From Candidatus Nanoarchaeia archaeon (GTDB taxonomy: Archaea > Nanobdellota > Nanobdellia > Woesearchaeales > GW2011-AR4), in NCBI GenBank assembly GCA_035288865.1, contig DATDZA010000016.1, positions 3,945 to 67,944 of the forward strand: a stretch of DNA of 64,000 bases. Direction: 5' to 3'. Under the pieces are notes generated by a model. That model had not been told where the DNA came from and ran no database searches. It saw only the letters and a list, made by a program, of their open reading frames with translations. Below are positions 15,037 through 23,948 of the stretch, one piece after another; the first letter of the stretch is position 1, and each line of letters begins with the position of its first letter. The position numbers and the translations under genes are program-made.

Positions 15037-15873
15037 TTATGTTTTTGGCGTGTATCCTATCTTTGCTAGAACTTCTGTTAGCCTATTATGCAGTGCAGGT
15101 GGCACTAATTCTGCTAACATTCTGTATCCATTATCATAAGGCATTAATTCTTTTACCGGCAATGCCGAATCTTCAATTTTTGCGGGCGCCTTCGGCGCTT
15201 CCTTCAATACCCCGAGCAAGCCACTGTAGGCATAGCCAACGTCCCTGTCATCGGCATCGAACCTAGAGCCATAGTCAGCCCAGTTAAGCCTAGAGGCACG
15301 GGCTATTGCACTGTCTTCTTTGCCTTTAAGCTGCTTTTTTACGTAATCTGACTTCAAGACATAAACTCTGTCGCCAGGCTTTGCTCCTTTGCCATAAATG
15401 GCTTCTGTGAAGTGCCTTTGCGCATCATTCATATTCTTAGTTTTAAAATAACCAAATTCATCGCCTGGATTGTGTATTAGCTGCAAGTCTGGAATTTTTA
15501 TTCTTAGTGCTTCTCTTGTGCTTACTGCATCAACAACTTCCTGGATTCCTTCCCTCGATGGAATATAATTATTAGTTTTCAATAATTGAGAAGTAAAATT
15601 TTGGATATCTCTAAAGCCAAGATTGTGCTCTCTCCCAGTAAAATAAAGAAAAGCTTCGCTTTCTTTCGAAGTCTCATCTTGTTCAACTCTATACATAGAA
15701 AAATTATTTGTCCATGTCCATAAGTTTCTTAGTTCGGGTTTTGATTCCCTTAATTCCATTATTTCATGGGCTTCCAATTCAGTTCCTGAAACTATCCTAG
15801 AATGTGCATCAAGTAGTGGTCCTGGAGCATATCCTACGTTTGTTAATCTGTTCTCTAAGGTTGCCTGTGGCAT
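15037..15873 (-). CDS. DGR target (variable) protein; the N-terminal domain has unknown function
   Basis: 278-aa ORF. Residues ARASRLNWADYGSRFDADDRDVGYAYSGLLGV are encoded by the VR. Another 56 codons follow the VR. Confidence 0.85.
   Translation of the reverse strand: MPQATLENRLTNVGYAPGPLLDAHSRIVSGTELEAHEIMELRESKPELRNLWTWTNNFSMYRVEQDETSKESEAFLYFTGREHNLGFRDIQNFTSQLLKTNNYIPSREGIQEVVDAVSTREALRIKIPDLQLIHNPGDEFGYFKTKNMNDAQRHFTEAIYGKGAKPGDRVYVLKSDYVKKQLKGKEDSAIARASRLNWADYGSRFDADDRDVGYAYSGLLGVLKEAPKAPAKIEDSALPVKELMPYDNGYRMLAELVPPALHNRLTEVLAKIGYTPKT
15186..15198 (-). other. GC-only hairpin 9 nt downstream of the VR 3' end (candidate DGR homing-enhancing stem-loop)
   Basis: On the minus strand: GCGCC-GAA-GGCGC (5-bp stem, 3-nt loop). 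No equivalent structure follows the TR. Confidence 0.5.
15208..15301 (-). repeat. DGR variable repeat (VR)
   Basis: Counterpart of the TR. It differs from the TR only at TR adenines, changing 7 of the 8 Asn (AAY) codons to Tyr, Asp or Ser, and Arg AGG to Trp TGG. Confidence 0.87.
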
Positions 15874-15982
15874 TTTATTCTTGTAGTAATTGTCTATTTA
15901 TAAATCTTTCGTTTTATTACCATAGTAAAGTAGTTACAAATTTGTAATAACATTTAAATCAAAAGCAAAATTCCGTTCCAGA

Positions 15983-16933
15983 ATGCAGTCCACTCCATTC
16001 CATAATTTTAATGAAATAACATTCAAACCCAAATTTATCGATAGGTATTCTAAATTAACGGACTGGGAAGAATTCAAAACATGCTCATTATCATTTCTGC
16101 ACCGCTCAATCAGGGTCAACACTTTAAAAATTTCAGTCAAAGAATTAAAAGAAAAACTGGAGAAGAACTGGAATCTTGAGCAAGTTCCATGGTGCAATGA
16201 GGGTTTTTTGATAGAGCATGTAAAAAAAGAACGGCGTGATATCGGAAATTTAATCGAGCATTCTTTGGGATATTTCTACATTCAGGAAGCGGCATCAATG
16301 ATTCCGCCGATTGTTCTTGAGCCAAAACCGCATGAAATTGTTCTTGACATTGCAGCTTCTCCAGGCTCTAAAACAACACAAATTGCACAGTATATGGAAA
16401 ACAAAGGAATTTTGATAGCAAATGATTATACTTATGAAAGAATGAAGCCGCTTTCAATCAATTTGCAGAAATGCGGCGTTACAAACACAATAATAACTTT
16501 AATGGACGGCCAGTGGTTCAAAAAGTCCGGAATTGAATTTGACAGAATCCTAATCGATGCGCCGTGTTCCGGCACTGGAACAATCAGAAAAAGCCTGAAA
16601 ACAATCGGCATATGGAATCCTGACATGATTAAACGGCTTTCAATAACTCAAAAGCAACTAATAGAAACAGGATTTAATTTATTGAAAGAAAACGGAACTT
16701 TGGTTTATTCAACCTGTTCATTGGAGCCGGAAGAAGATGAAGGGGTAGTTGATTTTTTGATCAATAAATATGAAAATGCTAAATTAGAAGAAATAAAATT
16801 AAATTTGAAAAAATCTCCGGCAATTTTGGAATTTGAAGATAAAAAATATTCAGATGAAATTAAAAAATGTTTAAGAATCTGGCCGCAGGACAATGATACA
16901 GAGGGATTCTTCGTGGCAAAGATAAGAAAATAG
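15983..16933 (+). CDS. NOL1/NOP2/Sun (RsmB/Trm4-like) RNA cytosine-C5 methyltransferase
   Basis: Motifs DIAASPGSKTTQ (SAM site), DAPCSGTGTIRK and YSTCSLEPEE. Confidence 0.85.
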   Translation: MQSTPFHNFNEITFKPKFIDRYSKLTDWEEFKTCSLSFLHRSIRVNTLKISVKELKEKLEKNWNLEQVPWCNEGFLIEHVKKERRDIGNLIEHSLGYFYIQEAASMIPPIVLEPKPHEIVLDIAASPGSKTTQIAQYMENKGILIANDYTYERMKPLSINLQKCGVTNTIITLMDGQWFKKSGIEFDRILIDAPCSGTGTIRKSLKTIGIWNPDMIKRLSITQKQLIETGFNLLKENGTLVYSTCSLEPEEDEGVVDFLINKYENAKLEEIKLNLKKSPAILEFEDKKYSDEIKKCLRIWPQDNDTEGFFVAKIRK

Positions 16934-17052
16934 TAGATTAATTGTTTAATGTGGAAATCATAAATTATTCTTCGGTGAGTGATGTCCATTACTTTAGCAA
17001 GACAGAAAATATTAAAGACGAATTATGATTAAATAGGATTCCAAAAATTTGC

Positions 17053-17517
17053 TTAGAGTACTCTTTTAGTTATATAAGGACTTAGAAATTGCCGTCTGTC
17101 CTTATTCGTATCGACATAAACTACAACTGGCGTATCCTTATATGCAGTAGGATTTCTTAATAGAGTGTCAATATATGTATACAGCTTGCTTATCGTGTGT
17201 AACTTGGATAGCATCACATCCGGTTTTATTTCATCTGCCGCTTCCATAAAAGTCGGCTTTACACTTTCGTTTGTATAAACTACCACCGGAAAATGATTTC
17301 GCCTGCTTGCTCTAGCGTCCCTAACTAGGTCTATCAGCCTGTAATTATTTTGGACTACATCAATAATCTCTGCTATTAAAAGCGAGATATCATTTCCGCC
17401 AATCAAATCCCTGGCTTGGGGAAACGATTCGGCCTCTAGCACCCTTTTAGGATAATTTTTTTTAAGCGCTTCTCTTACAAAGGCCATAGGATCCGCCAGA
17501 AGTATCAATCCTTTCAT
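17053..17517 (-). CDS. Hypothetical protein, possibly a degenerate receiver-like fold
   Basis: 154-aa ORF. MKGLILLADP...SLLIAEI is patterned like a CheY receiver but lacks the acidic pocket residues. Confidence 0.4.
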   Translation of the reverse strand: MKGLILLADPMAFVREALKKNYPKRVLEAESFPQARDLIGGNDISLLIAEIIDVVQNNYRLIDLVRDARASRRNHFPVVVYTNESVKPTFMEAADEIKPDVMLSKLHTISKLYTYIDTLLRNPTAYKDTPVVVYVDTNKDRRQFLSPYITKRVL

Positions 17518-17651
17518 TTTATTTCGGTTAAAAGAGGTGTAATATTAAATTTATCCATTTTTTATAATTAGGTGCCTCAAAGATTGAAAGATATTCAAAT
17601 ACCTGGAAAAAATATTAGAAATAAATTATTCCAACAAATCTTTAATTGAGT

Positions 17652-17966
17652 TCAATTTTTTATTTTAATGCTCCCTATAGGTCGGCCTTCCATATTGTAC
17701 AAAAAAATTCTATTAGTGTCGGGCTTTACATATTTTCGGTTATTTCTTCTAAAAAATCTGCCCCAGAGCTGATATCTCTCCACTATTTCTGCATTGGGTG
17801 AGAAGTAAAAATGGCCATCTCGTAGTTCAATATACCCTATACTGTGGTTGGTAATATCTTCCAAATTTATGTGAGCAGGAACTGTAACATCATACCTGCC
17901 ATCAGAAAGTTTGGCTGCAAAAGTTGTTTTCACTCCTGAATCCACAGCTTCGTAAGAAACTTCCAT
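17652..17966 (-). CDS. Hypothetical protein
   Basis: 104-aa ORF with no overlapping alternative reading frame. No motif recognised. Confidence 0.45.
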   Translation of the reverse strand: MEVSYEAVDSGVKTTFAAKLSDGRYDVTVPAHINLEDITNHSIGYIELRDGHFYFSPNAEIVERYQLWGRFFRRNNRKYVKPDTNRIFLYNMEGRPIGSIKIKN

Positions 17967-17977
17967 TTAAAACTAAA

Positions 17978-18508
17978 TCACGCTTTTCCTTTCAATGACT
18001 TGCCGTTTATTTCCAGTTCTTTAATCTTAGTCTTAAGAAAATCAATTGTTTTGGTATTGTCCTGATGGTTTAATATAGAGCCGCATTCCGGGCATCTGTA
18101 TTCCAAATCAACGGCCTTTTCAAATCCAACTCTAACGCACGCATTTGGACATAAATAAAAGTTTCCAAAATTTGCTTCCTCGTCTTTAAGCCTTTGAGTA
18201 TATTTTGAAAGTTTTTCTTTTGATGTCCTGTCTAGCAGTTCCTTGACCCTCTTCTTGTTGAACGTCCAATAGCTTATATACCATCCTTTTTGCCTGTCTT
18301 TCTTTCTGTAATAAGAAACAAGATTATGATTATAAAGCCTGTAAAGAATGTTTCTGACTTCGTGAATGTCCCTGTCAACTTTCTCGGCAATTTTGAAATC
18401 CGAAATATTCTTCTTATCTTTAAGATACTCAATTATCTTCAACGAGTCTTCTCCAATAACTTCCTTTACTGTATCATTAACTTTGTTGTTTGTTATTTTC
18501 ATTGCCAT
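17978..18508 (-). CDS. tfe: Transcription factor E (TFE alpha, TFIIE-alpha homolog)
   Basis: Winged-helix N-terminal region (IIEYLKDKKNISDFKIAEKV..RNILYRLYNHNLVSY) and a zinc ribbon CPNAC..CPECG. The start was moved to MAMKITNN. Confidence 0.8.
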   Translation of the reverse strand: MAMKITNNKVNDTVKEVIGEDSLKIIEYLKDKKNISDFKIAEKVDRDIHEVRNILYRLYNHNLVSYYRKKDRQKGWYISYWTFNKKRVKELLDRTSKEKLSKYTQRLKDEEANFGNFYLCPNACVRVGFEKAVDLEYRCPECGSILNHQDNTKTIDFLKTKIKELEINGKSLKGKA

Positions 18509-18817
18509 TGTTATTTCCTGCCATCCAAGGCACAGTAAATCTATATTCACTAAGTGAAATGCTAATCAAAGGGCATAGAACTGCCCCCAACCAAATCACC
18601 CCTATACACCCCCTAATTAATTATAGTAACGAACAGCAAATGCGGTAAATAATCATAACAATAGAGCTAGAAGCCTACTGCATAGTTCTCTCGGGCATGG
18701 TATATATAAACTTTACTATTATAAAATATCTACTTTATAAAATATATATTAGATAATATTATTCGATTCAGGATTATGTGATAAAAGTTTTTATATTGAT
18801 TGTTATTTCCCGGATTG

Positions 18818-19240
18818 ATGGCAACAGAAAAGAGCTGCGGAGCAGTTGTTTTTAAACGAATGAAAGACAATTCTGCAAAATACCTGATTCTCCATTATAC
18901 AAATGGGCATTGGGAATTTCCAAAAGGCCACATGGAAAAGAACGAGAAAGAAGAGCAGACTGCAATGCGCGAGATAAAAGAGGAAACCGCTTTGGATGAT
19001 GTTGATTTTATTGACGGATTCCGGGAAACGGTGAAATATTTTTTCAAGAAAGGCGAAGATACAGTTTATAAGGAAGTTATTTTTTTCCTTGGAGAAACCC
19101 ATTCTGATGAGGTCACATTATCAAACGAGCATATAGGATATGCATGGCTAAATTACGAGCATGCTCACAAGAAATTAAATTTTAATAATTCTAAAGAATT
19201 GCTGGAGAAAGCTGAAAAGTTTTTGCACTTGCATGTATGA
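18818..19240 (+). CDS. NUDIX hydrolase
   Basis: Nudix box GHWEFPKGHMEKNEKEEQTAMREIKEETAL. ATG at 18818 is preferred to the TTG at 18800. Confidence 0.85.
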   Translation: MATEKSCGAVVFKRMKDNSAKYLILHYTNGHWEFPKGHMEKNEKEEQTAMREIKEETALDDVDFIDGFRETVKYFFKKGEDTVYKEVIFFLGETHSDEVTLSNEHIGYAWLNYEHAHKKLNFNNSKELLEKAEKFLHLHV

Positions 19241-20215
19241 TTATATAGAGTAATTTCTTAAATCTGTTTTAGGCCAGCTTCCCTTATATAGTTTTCTTTC
19301 TAATGCCCAAGCACCAACTAAATTTACATTACTCCCAAGTACACTAGATTCTACTTCAGGTATCGCCCTTCCAATTATCTTGAAGCGGTATTTCACATGA
19401 TCCGTGACCATATCTAAGAATTTCGTTCCCCAGTTGTTGGAAATCCCTCCGCCCAAAACAATAAGTCTTGGTTCATGCTCAAAATTCATTTCTGAAAGCG
19501 CTTTTGCAGTATTATCTGCAACCAGGTCTTGAACTATATAATCAGATTCCCATGGCTCAACTCCATACCTTGCTTTAAAATGTTTCCCGCTTATCCACGT
19601 TTCTACACAGTTTGGCTCTTTACAATGGCCGCAACTTATGCTTGCTAGATTAGGTGCTCTCCCATTAAAAGAATGATGTCCGGCTTCACGATTTTTTCCA
19701 TTGGGATTTAAGTAAATCTCAAAACCTTTTGCTGATTTAACGGATGTTTCTGCTCCAAATCCAGTGCTTATTGTAACATAAAGCAGCGGGAATATCGCGT
19801 CTTCTAATTCTTTTTCGGCAATTTTTTCAAGAGTTGCGCCTATTGCTGCCATATAAGCATCACTTTCAATTATTATTCTCGGATATCTTCCTCCATTTGA
19901 CCTTATTATACTCAAGACAATATTCTCAAGTTTTCCTTTCAGGCTAATCCCTCCCCAATGTGGGAGGTTTGATGGATTTGCCATAAAGTGTCCATTACCG
20001 CCAGCCTCTAATGCAGGAGCGCCCCCGGAAATTGCCTTTATATTCAAATCATTCAATGAATGTTCCAAGGTCTCATGAAAGTATCTCACTGCCCCTCCTG
20101 GATCTTGGGGAGTTGGCTGTAAAATTCTTACAGGTTCTAGAAAGTTTCCCTCATAATCCATTACAGCGGTTGCTATTTTAGTAGCTCCAATGTCAAATAC
20201 GAATACGGAATGCAT
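19241..20215 (-). CDS. ROK-family sugar kinase-like protein
   Basis: N-terminal FVFDIGATKIA ATP-binding motif and a Cys-rich zinc motif CGHCKEPNCVETWISG. Confidence 0.7.
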   Translation of the reverse strand: MHSVFVFDIGATKIATAVMDYEGNFLEPVRILQPTPQDPGGAVRYFHETLEHSLNDLNIKAISGGAPALEAGGNGHFMANPSNLPHWGGISLKGKLENIVLSIIRSNGGRYPRIIIESDAYMAAIGATLEKIAEKELEDAIFPLLYVTISTGFGAETSVKSAKGFEIYLNPNGKNREAGHHSFNGRAPNLASISCGHCKEPNCVETWISGKHFKARYGVEPWESDYIVQDLVADNTAKALSEMNFEHEPRLIVLGGGISNNWGTKFLDMVTDHVKYRFKIIGRAIPEVESSVLGSNVNLVGAWALERKLYKGSWPKTDLRNYSI

Positions 20216-20334
20216 TTAAATCCATTTTAGAAATTAACTTAATTTTTTAAAAGTTTCTATAAAAATAGGGTTTTGAAAAATAAATGAATTTTATCAAACA
20301 AAACTTTAAATATAATAAAATTAAAACTATTTCT

Positions 20335-22047
20335 ATGAAAAACATTGAAGTCGCAGCGCTTCTCAATGAAATCGCGGATTATCTTGAGTTCCAGAATGAG
20401 CCGTTCAAGGTAAGAGCTTACAGGAAAGCTGCCCTGATGATTAACGGACTGTCGGAAGACATCGAGCAGGTTTGGAATAATAACAAACTGAAAGAATTGC
20501 CAGGAATCGGCGAGGGCATTGCTAAGAAAATTGATGATTTTCTAAAAAACGGCCGTTCAAAACATCTGGATGAATTAAAAAAGAAAACTCCCGTAGACAT
20601 GGAGCAGCTTGGCGCAATTGAGGGTATTGGCCCAAAAACAATTCTAAAACTCTATTCAAAATTAAAAATAAAAAACACAAAAGATTTGGAAAAAGCCGCA
20701 AAAGAGGGAAGCATACAAAATATAGAAGGCCTAGGCCCCACAGTTGAAAAAAATATTCTGCAAAGCATAGCGTTCGCAAAGAATTCAAGCAAAAGAGTCC
20801 CTTTAGGATTTGCTTTAAGCGATGCTGAAGAAATTATAGGCATGCTCAAAACATTGAAAGAAGTTAAAAGGGTAAATATCGCAGGCTCTGCAAGAAGAAT
20901 GAAAGAAACAATAGGCGACATTGACATTCTAGTCACGTCATCCAATCCGCAGAAAGTGATTGATTTTTTTACGAAGATGCCAAATGTTGCGCAGGTTCTT
21001 GCGAAAGGCAGCACAAAATCTTCAGTCAGGCTAAAAGAAAGAATTCAGGCTGACTTGAGGGTTGTTGATGATAAAATTTTCGGGGCTGCATTATTATATT
21101 TTACAGGCAGCCAGCAGCACAACATAATTCTAAGAAAGCTGGCAATCGAAAGAGGATTGAAATTAAGCGAGTACGGATTGTTTAACAGAAAGAATGACAA
21201 ATTAATTGCAGGAAAAACTGAAGAAGAAGTTTATCAGAAATTGGAGCTCGATTATATTGAGCCAGAGATGAGAGAAGATAAAGGTGAAATTGAGTTAGCG
21301 CACCGCCGCATGCTGCCAAAAATCATCGGATATAATGACTTAAAAGGCGACTTGCAGATGCACACAAAATGGAGTGACGGCTCGAACACAGTCGAAGAGA
21401 TTGCCCTCGCTGCAAAAAAACTTGGGCATGAATACATTTGCATAACTGACCACTCCGGAAGATTGGCAATTGCAAATTCACTTGATGAAAAAAGAATTCT
21501 GCAGCAGAAAAAAGAAATTGAAAAAATAAATAAAAACATTAATGGACTAACAATTCTTCACGGAACTGAAGTCAATATAGCAGAAGATGGAAGCTTGGAT
21601 ATGAATAACAAGATTTTGCAACGCCTTGATATTGTTGTTGCTGCAGTTCATTCCGGATTCAAAAATTCCAAGGAAAAAATAACAAATCGGATTATTAAAG
21701 CAATGCAGAACAAAAATGTGGATATTATTGCGCACCCGACTGGAAGATTGATAACTAAGAGGGAAGCTTACGAAATTGACCTGGATAAAGTTTTTGATGA
21801 AGCAAAGAAAACAGGAACTGTGATGGAAATAAATTCTTATCCGGAAAGGATGGATTTGAAAGATTCTAATGTAAGGGCTGGAATAAAAAAAGGCATTAAG
21901 CTGGTGATTAGCACTGATGCGCATGCAACAAGCCAGCTGCATTTTATAAAATTAGGAATCGGAACGGCAAGAAGAGGATGGGCAACGAAAAACGACGTTA
22001 TAAATACGAGAAGTTTAAAAGGTATGTTGAAAATGCTGAAGAAATAA
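20335..22047 (+). CDS. polX: Family X DNA polymerase with C-terminal PHP domain
   Basis: Helix-hairpin-helix motifs (LPGIGEGIA, IEGIGPKT), the Pol-beta nucleotidyltransferase motif GSARRMKETIGDIDILV, and a PHP domain (HTKWSDGS, CITDHS, STDAH). Confidence 0.9.
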   Translation: MKNIEVAALLNEIADYLEFQNEPFKVRAYRKAALMINGLSEDIEQVWNNNKLKELPGIGEGIAKKIDDFLKNGRSKHLDELKKKTPVDMEQLGAIEGIGPKTILKLYSKLKIKNTKDLEKAAKEGSIQNIEGLGPTVEKNILQSIAFAKNSSKRVPLGFALSDAEEIIGMLKTLKEVKRVNIAGSARRMKETIGDIDILVTSSNPQKVIDFFTKMPNVAQVLAKGSTKSSVRLKERIQADLRVVDDKIFGAALLYFTGSQQHNIILRKLAIERGLKLSEYGLFNRKNDKLIAGKTEEEVYQKLELDYIEPEMREDKGEIELAHRRMLPKIIGYNDLKGDLQMHTKWSDGSNTVEEIALAAKKLGHEYICITDHSGRLAIANSLDEKRILQQKKEIEKINKNINGLTILHGTEVNIAEDGSLDMNNKILQRLDIVVAAVHSGFKNSKEKITNRIIKAMQNKNVDIIAHPTGRLITKREAYEIDLDKVFDEAKKTGTVMEINSYPERMDLKDSNVRAGIKKGIKLVISTDAHATSQLHFIKLGIGTARRGWATKNDVINTRSLKGMLKMLKK

Positions 22048-22112
22048 ATATTAACTTAATAGTAGATACAAACAAAAACATTTATAAGAAGCAACTGATT
22101 CTAGAAGTTGAA

Positions 22113-22412
22113 ATGAACATTAACGGATTACTTGAATTTTATCGGAAAGTTCATGTAAAGGATGAAAAAGTCGAGCTTTGCGACAGATACGTTAGGGGCC
22201 CGGCTTCACTGGCGCCAATAAAGGGAGAGCTTCTTTATAATCATATTCCCATAAGCCCATTCGATATGCACTCAATTGTAATTTATGGGATAGTATCTGA
22301 ATTGAACCCGAAATCCTCACCTAAATGGAAGCTGGAAAGTGTCAAGGAAATTTTTGCGGAAGGTCACGACTCAACCGAAAACGGCCTTATCAATTATTTG
22401 CAAAGAAACTAA
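22113..22412 (+). CDS. Hypothetical protein
   Basis: 99 aa from the ATG at 22113. The longer ORF-track start overlaps the polX end. Confidence 0.4.
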   Translation: MNINGLLEFYRKVHVKDEKVELCDRYVRGPASLAPIKGELLYNHIPISPFDMHSIVIYGIVSELNPKSSPKWKLESVKEIFAEGHDSTENGLINYLQRN

Positions 22413-22485
22413 GCTTAAGCAAAAGATTTATATAAAAGCAATCAAGACTTTCTAAAATTTTAAAATATATAAAAAACAATGCGGG

Positions 22486-22812
22486 GTGTCGGAAATGGAT
22501 CGAGTAAATACTATTGCAAGTCGAATTGAGGGTATAGTAAGAGATCTCCAAGTCGAATATACCATAAAACTTTCCGGATCTGAATATTTGCTTTATCCGA
22601 AATCACCTGAGGAAAGCGCTCCAATTTTAACATTTTCTATGGATCAAAAATTTCTAAATATCCCGGTTCCTGATAGCGGCGCTGGTAGAGTAGCGGCGAC
22701 TTCGGTTATTTTGGCAGCATCCAAATATGGCGGTAGAATTATCCCTCCAATGACAAATCCAGAAATGACCGCTGGCCTTAGATTGGGAACAGGCTATCAG
22801 CCCGGCGCTTAG
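22486..22812 (+). CDS. Hypothetical protein
   Basis: 108-aa ORF starting at GTG (an ATG alternative lies at 22495). No motif recognised. Confidence 0.4.
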   Translation: MSEMDRVNTIASRIEGIVRDLQVEYTIKLSGSEYLLYPKSPEESAPILTFSMDQKFLNIPVPDSGAGRVAATSVILAASKYGGRIIPPMTNPEMTAGLRLGTGYQPGA

Positions 22813-22833
22813 AATATTTATAAAAGTGATTCA

Positions 22834-23826
22834 ATGATTAACGTAGCAATAAACGGTTTTGGCAGGATTGGAAGATTAGTTTTGAGAGCAGGAATAAAAG
22901 ATAAGAGCATAAACTGGATTGCTGTCAACGATATAACCGATGCGAAAACTCTGGCACATCTTTTCAAATTTGACTCTGTTCACGGAAAATATGCAGGGAC
23001 TGTTGAACACACTGACGATTCCCTGATAATTGACGGCAAAAAAATAAAGGTTCTGTCAGTTCTTGACGCTACAAAATATCCCTGGAAAGATTTGAATATT
23101 GATGTTGTTGTCGAAAGCACCGGAAGGTTTACAGACAGGGCAGGATGCGAAAATCATCTCAATGCCGGCGCAAAAAAGGTTCTGTTGAGTGCGCCAGGCA
23201 AAGGAATGGATCTAACAGTTGTAATGGGAGTAAATAATGAAATGTACGATAAGAATAAACACCACATTGTTTCAAATGCTTCATGCACGACAAACTGCCT
23301 TGCCCCAATTGCAAAAGTTTTGCATGATAATTTTAAAATCAAAAGGGGTTTTATGACAACTGTTCATGCTTACACTGCAGACCAGAAGCTTGTTGATGCC
23401 CCCCATAAGGATCTAAGAAGGGCGAGAAGCGCAGCAGTTTCAATAATACCCACAACTACAGGCGCAGCAAAATCAATTGGTGAAGTAATTCCAGAATTAA
23501 GAGGAAAGCTGGACGGCATTTCATTGAGAGTTCCAATACCAACGGGCTCTGTGACTGATTTAGTATGCGAGCTGGAAAAACAAACAACCAATGAAGAAAT
23601 AAATGAGGCTTTCAAAAAAGCAGCAGTCAGGCTTAAAGGGATACTTGAATATTCAGAAGAGCCTTTGGTTTCGGCAGATATAGTAACCGACCCTCACTCG
23701 TCAATACTGGACTCGCAGCTCACTAATGTAATCGGCGGCAACTTTGTAAAGGTTGTTGCGTGGTATGACAATGAGTGGGGATTCAGCGAGAGAATGATTG
23801 ATGTAATTAAGCTGATTGGGAATTAA
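22834..23826 (+). CDS. gap: Glyceraldehyde-3-phosphate dehydrogenase, type I (bacterial/eukaryotic type)
   Basis: Motifs INGFGRIGR, the active site SNASCTTNCLAP, and WYDNEWGF. Confidence 0.93.
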   Translation: MINVAINGFGRIGRLVLRAGIKDKSINWIAVNDITDAKTLAHLFKFDSVHGKYAGTVEHTDDSLIIDGKKIKVLSVLDATKYPWKDLNIDVVVESTGRFTDRAGCENHLNAGAKKVLLSAPGKGMDLTVVMGVNNEMYDKNKHHIVSNASCTTNCLAPIAKVLHDNFKIKRGFMTTVHAYTADQKLVDAPHKDLRRARSAAVSIIPTTTGAAKSIGEVIPELRGKLDGISLRVPIPTGSVTDLVCELEKQTTNEEINEAFKKAAVRLKGILEYSEEPLVSADIVTDPHSSILDSQLTNVIGGNFVKVVAWYDNEWGFSERMIDVIKLIGN

Positions 23827-23857
23827 ATTTTTAAGCTAAGTTTTTTCTTGATTTTTT

Positions 23858-23912
23858 AGGGAGGGAATTTTATTATTGCGCTAAAAGTATTTGTTTTGCC
23901 CTCCACCCACCC
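23858..23912. repeat. 56-nt repeat element, copy B, intergenic between gap and truD
   Basis: AGGGAGGGAATTTTATTATTGC..(18 nt)..GCCCTCCACCCACCC. See copy A at 11118-11173. The GGAGGG near the 5' end is complementary to the CCCTCC near the 3' end. Confidence 0.75.
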
Positions 23913-23948
23913 GTAAATGTTTTATATAATGCGCGCTTTCCGCCATTA

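Larger units (their letters stand above)
13713..15873 (-). mobile_element. Diversity-generating retroelement (DGR) cassette: target gene with VR, then TR, then RT
   Basis: All components lie on the minus strand in canonical order. The individual features below give the details. Confidence 0.88.

Noticed and set aside
18575-18625. C-rich (minus-strand G-rich) tract upstream of tfe as a G-quadruplex or small RNA
   Set aside because: There are only three G-runs of 4 or more, plus a GG, so a four-run quadruplex is not supported. There are no flanking promoter or terminator signals for an independent RNA.
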